A DNA stretch of 64,000 bases from a virus, in IMG/VR virus record IMGVR_UViG_3300042400_000613, positions 1 to 64,000 of that record. The stretch is one strand, 5' to 3'. Within the stretch, counting starts at the first letter, position 1. Each line of letters opens with the position of its first letter. Below are positions 60,994 to 64,000 of this stretch, in pieces. A model generated the notes under the pieces. That model did no database searches, had not been told where the DNA came from, and saw only the letters and a list, made by a program, of their open reading frames with translations. The position numbers were made by a program, and so were the translations under genes.

Positions 60994-62034
60994 ATGTTAC
61001 GTATTAGATTAGTTGATGATACTAAGGGTAGAAATAAAGCTACATATAGAGGATTTTTGATGTATAAAGATTTGTTCAAAGATGTAGGAATAGATTTTAT
61101 TATTGCTGGGGGTATAGTAGACAGTTGGGATATAAGCATTTTAGGTGATGAATGCTTTGTTAACCGGCGGGCGAAGTCTTTACGGGAGTCTATTGATTAT
61201 GGATTAGAAAGATTACATGAGATAGATGGAAGATTCATGCTATATGATGGTTCTGATTCTTCATCTATTTTAGGATCTTATGATGTATTTGAAAATAGCA
61301 ATGCAGAAAAATTAATAAAGAATCAAATATATAGTAAAGATGTATATAGCATTCCATCTCCATTGGGCAAGGAATGGTGGAACATGTATGCCGGCCGGGA
61401 GGATAAGGTTTCCTATGATGTAAAAAGATATGATGATATTGTTTTATCTGGTTATAATCTCGGGTATTATCATCCACATTATTTGCAATTCGCGAATCAT
61501 GAAGTAAAAAAGGAACATGATATATTTGCAGTTTATCAAGCGGATCATAAGGAGAATTATGACTTTGGAATTCGCAACGATTTATATTATAGCAGACATA
61601 GAAAGCGGAGCTTGGACGAGTTGGGTAAATTGGATGGTACCTATAATATCGTTTCTGGCAGGCTTAATCCTGAAGATTATAGTGTAGCATTGAGTAAGAG
61701 TAAATGTGCCATATCTCCTTTTGGCATGGGTGAGATATGTTTTAGAGATTTTGAAACATGGAATATTGGATGTTTATTGATTAAGCCTTTCATGGATAAT
61801 GTCATTACTTATCCTAATCCTTACATAGATAGAGAGACTTATTTTGCATGTAATAATAATTGGGATGATTTAAATGATCTTATTGATTTTGTATTATCAT
61901 TGAACAATAATGATGTTAAAGATATTAATAGTAATGTGAGGAAGACATTGATTGATATGTATTCCCCGCAGAATTTTGTATTACATTTTTATAATATTTT
62001 GGCAAACCTAGATGGAATAACTAAAGAATCATGA
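60994..62034 (+). CDS. Putative glycosyltransferase (GT-B-like C-terminal domain)
   Basis: YSVALSKSKCAISPFGMGEICFRDFE...GCLLIKP. Confidence 0.6.
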   Translation: MLRIRLVDDTKGRNKATYRGFLMYKDLFKDVGIDFIIAGGIVDSWDISILGDECFVNRRAKSLRESIDYGLERLHEIDGRFMLYDGSDSSSILGSYDVFENSNAEKLIKNQIYSKDVYSIPSPLGKEWWNMYAGREDKVSYDVKRYDDIVLSGYNLGYYHPHYLQFANHEVKKEHDIFAVYQADHKENYDFGIRNDLYYSRHRKRSLDELGKLDGTYNIVSGRLNPEDYSVALSKSKCAISPFGMGEICFRDFETWNIGCLLIKPFMDNVITYPNPYIDRETYFACNNNWDDLNDLIDFVLSLNNNDVKDINSNVRKTLIDMYSPQNFVLHFYNILANLDGITKES

Positions 62035-63290
62035 ACAAATTTATAGAGATTTTAAGGTCATGGGGAATCCAATTAAACCCCAACGAAAAACAAAGTAAAT
62101 TAGCGGAGGCTCGTATCGCAGTTTGCGATACCTGCGAACACAAAAAGACATCTCCAACCATTCATTGTGGTGTATGTGGATGTTTATTAAAGAGTAAGAT
62201 ATTCTCTCCGGTGGAAAACGCTTGCCCGGAAGGAAAATGGGCTGAAATAGATAAGAGTATGTCAAAGGAAATCCAAGAATTAGTGGATCAAATACCTGAG
62301 TACAATCCTCCACCGGTTCCTGTTTTAGAGGGCACTCCACTAGATAGATTGAAATTTATTTGCGCACAACCGGCTACCTCATACTATGCTTGGCAGGTAG
62401 AAGTTATGATTAAAAACTTCTTAGAAATGGGCGTAGACCCTTCTTCCATTAACATTGTTTGCGCACTTGATGAGACGAACACGATTCCTAATTTATGGTT
62501 TAAACTAATTATGAAATATAATTCGGTAAAATACTACTTTTACCCGGATACAAGACAGTCTAAAAATTACGTCTCTTCGATAAGACCTAATATTTTAAAG
62601 CAGCACTGGGAAAGAAATCCTGACTTAGTTAACGATGTTATATTTTACCATGATTGTGACATTGTATTTACTAGACCTATAAATCAATGGATTAGCGATG
62701 ATATGATACAGGATGGTAATTGGTATGGTTCTGATTGTAATTCATATCTTTCTCATGATTATATAGATAGTAAAGGAATTGATGTACTTAATTCCGTCTG
62801 CTCTATAGCAAATATACCTCAAGAAAAGCTATTAGAGAATAATTACAATAATATAGGAGCACAATACCTGTTAAAATATATCACGCTTCATTTCTGGCAG
62901 GATGTAGAAAGAGATTCAGAGAATTTATTTAGAGATATCACAGCAATTAATAGCTTAAAAAAGCAAGAAGATTCTAGTTATAACGAACTTCAAATATGGT
63001 GTGCGGATATGTGGGCAATATTATTTAACGGATGGAAAATGAACGCTAGCACAATTGTGCATGGTAACTTATCTTTTTCTTGGGCAACTGATGACGAAAA
63101 TTCATGGTACCGAAACAATATTTTTCATAACGCCGGAGTAGTTGAAGGAAATCCGGAATATTTCTGTAAGGCTAATTATATAGATAAATTACCTTATAAC
63201 GAAGAGGACTCTTATATTTCTGGTACAGCAGGTAAAAAATACTGGGAATTGGTTCAACAAACAGGCAAAGATTCTTGTTTATTAGAGTAA
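62031..63290 (+). CDS. Cys-rich N-terminal domain + GT-A glycosyltransferase resembling plant peptidyl-Ser galactosyl-/Hyp arabinosyltransferases (GT96/GT95-like)
   Basis: N-terminal CDTC...CGVCGC...CPEGKW; catalytic part YYAWQ, YVSSIRP, FYHDCD (DxD), GAQY, WCADMWA, IFH. Confidence 0.55.
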   Translation: MNKFIEILRSWGIQLNPNEKQSKLAEARIAVCDTCEHKKTSPTIHCGVCGCLLKSKIFSPVENACPEGKWAEIDKSMSKEIQELVDQIPEYNPPPVPVLEGTPLDRLKFICAQPATSYYAWQVEVMIKNFLEMGVDPSSINIVCALDETNTIPNLWFKLIMKYNSVKYYFYPDTRQSKNYVSSIRPNILKQHWERNPDLVNDVIFYHDCDIVFTRPINQWISDDMIQDGNWYGSDCNSYLSHDYIDSKGIDVLNSVCSIANIPQEKLLENNYNNIGAQYLLKYITLHFWQDVERDSENLFRDITAINSLKKQEDSSYNELQIWCADMWAILFNGWKMNASTIVHGNLSFSWATDDENSWYRNNIFHNAGVVEGNPEYFCKANYIDKLPYNEEDSYISGTAGKKYWELVQQTGKDSCLLE

Positions 63291-63343
63291 TGTTATTTTT
63301 CTTTTGTCATATAACTATTATATATTAATTAGTTAATAATCTA

Positions 63344-63406
63344 GAATCGGTAGTTTAAGTAAAACAACGAAGTTATTTGCAGATGATGGAAAATCCATCC
63401 CGATTT
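63344..63406 (+). ncRNA. Degenerate tRNA-like cloverleaf
   Basis: GAATCGG/CCGATTT acceptor-like stem, TA, GTTT/AAAC D-like stem, weak middle arm and GATGG/CCATC T-like stem; no canonical anticodon loop, TTC loop or CCA. Confidence 0.35.
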
Positions 63407-63423
63407 TTTTTTAAGTTTATCCT

Positions 63424-63921
63424 ATGGAGATTCGTGAAAATATGGATTTAAAACCTTTACCCGGCGAGGTATGGAGACCTTTTCCAAATTATGAGGATTG
63501 GTATCAAGTATCTAATCTAGGTAGAGTAAAAAGGATGGAAAGATTATGTGTACAAAAGAGAAAAAAAGAAGATGGTTCTGAGTACGACTATTCGTCATAT
63601 ACTTTAAAAGAATCAATTCTCGCTCAATCTTTTACAACAGCTGGATATTTAATGATTCGATTCTCTTATCCAATAAAGGAGACTAGTGTTGTATCTAGGT
63701 TTAATGTGGCTATGCACAGAGCAGTAGCCATGGCTTTTATTCCAAACCCTAACAATCACCCACAAGTAAATCACATAGACGGAGAAAAGACAAATAATAC
63801 TGTCTCCAATTTAGAGTGGTGCAATAATTCTAGAAATCAAATACATAGAAATTATATCTTAGAAAAAAAATCTAAGAGTAAATACTTAGGCTATTTGATG
63901 AGAAATAAAAACAAATTATAG
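63424..63921 (+). CDS. NUMOD4-HNH homing endonuclease
   Basis: EVWRPFPNYEDWYQVSNLGRVK (NUMOD4); HRAVAMAFIPNP...VNHIDGEKTNNTVSNLEWC (HNH). Confidence 0.9.
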   Translation: MEIRENMDLKPLPGEVWRPFPNYEDWYQVSNLGRVKRMERLCVQKRKKEDGSEYDYSSYTLKESILAQSFTTAGYLMIRFSYPIKETSVVSRFNVAMHRAVAMAFIPNPNNHPQVNHIDGEKTNNTVSNLEWCNNSRNQIHRNYILEKKSKSKYLGYLMRNKNKL

Positions 63922-63924
63922 ATT

Positions 63925-64000
63925 ATGCAAAATGTTGTTTATTGGATTGGTGTCAAGAACAAAGACCCTCACATGAATGATAAACATGGCGGATTTAGTT
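63925..64000 (+). CDS. Start of the next gene, truncated by the window end
   Basis: ATG at 63925 opens MQNVVYWIGVKNKDPHMNDKHGGFS to the end of the window. Confidence 0.45.
   Translation, partial: MQNVVYWIGVKNKDPHMNDKHGGFS

Noticed and set aside
1427-62340. Numerous short minus-strand ORFs in the ORF track (e.g. 1427-1780, 17709-18221, 36232-36621, 57590-58015)
   Set aside because: They lie antisense to well-supported + strand genes, show no motifs and read as shadow frames.
1-64000. Stop-codon reassignment, diversity-generating retroelement or canonical tRNA genes
   Set aside because: Standard-code ORFs tile the window densely and TAA, TAG and TGA all end genes; no reverse transcriptase or TR/VR pair was seen; no canonical tRNA with a TTC loop and proper anticodon arm was recognised.

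Overview
A 64 kb, AT-rich, single-orientation (+ strand) segment of a large T4-like myophage genome. A-rich translation starts without Shine-Dalgarno sequences suggest a Bacteroidota host (inference). Gene order: baseplate/LamG structural proteins; T7-endonuclease-I-like resolvase; primase; fused Mre11-Rad50 (SbcD-SbcC); a collagen fibre carrying a Hint domain and an S74 chaperone; terminase, portal, prohead protease, a WYL-like protein, scaffold and major capsid; PhoH; a GT4-GT25-lysyl hydroxylase fusion; neck, sheath, three tube paralogues, chaperones, tape measure and baseplate; a replication module (divergent PolA-like protein, SSB, RecA, 5'-3' exonuclease, helicase, NrdB/NrdA, full PolA, Cas4-like nuclease); a glycosyltransferase cluster; and an HNH endonuclease. 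The best candidate for a new system is virion-protein glycosylation resembling eukaryotic extracellular-matrix chemistry. One gene fuses a PLOD-like lysyl hydroxylase, a COLGALT-like GT25 domain and a GT4 domain, and the same genome encodes a Gly-X-Lys-rich collagen fibre. A second enzyme resembles plant Ser/Hyp O-glycosyltransferases, and there is an extensin-like Pro-rich structural protein. All assignments come from motifs recognised by eye; no database search was run.
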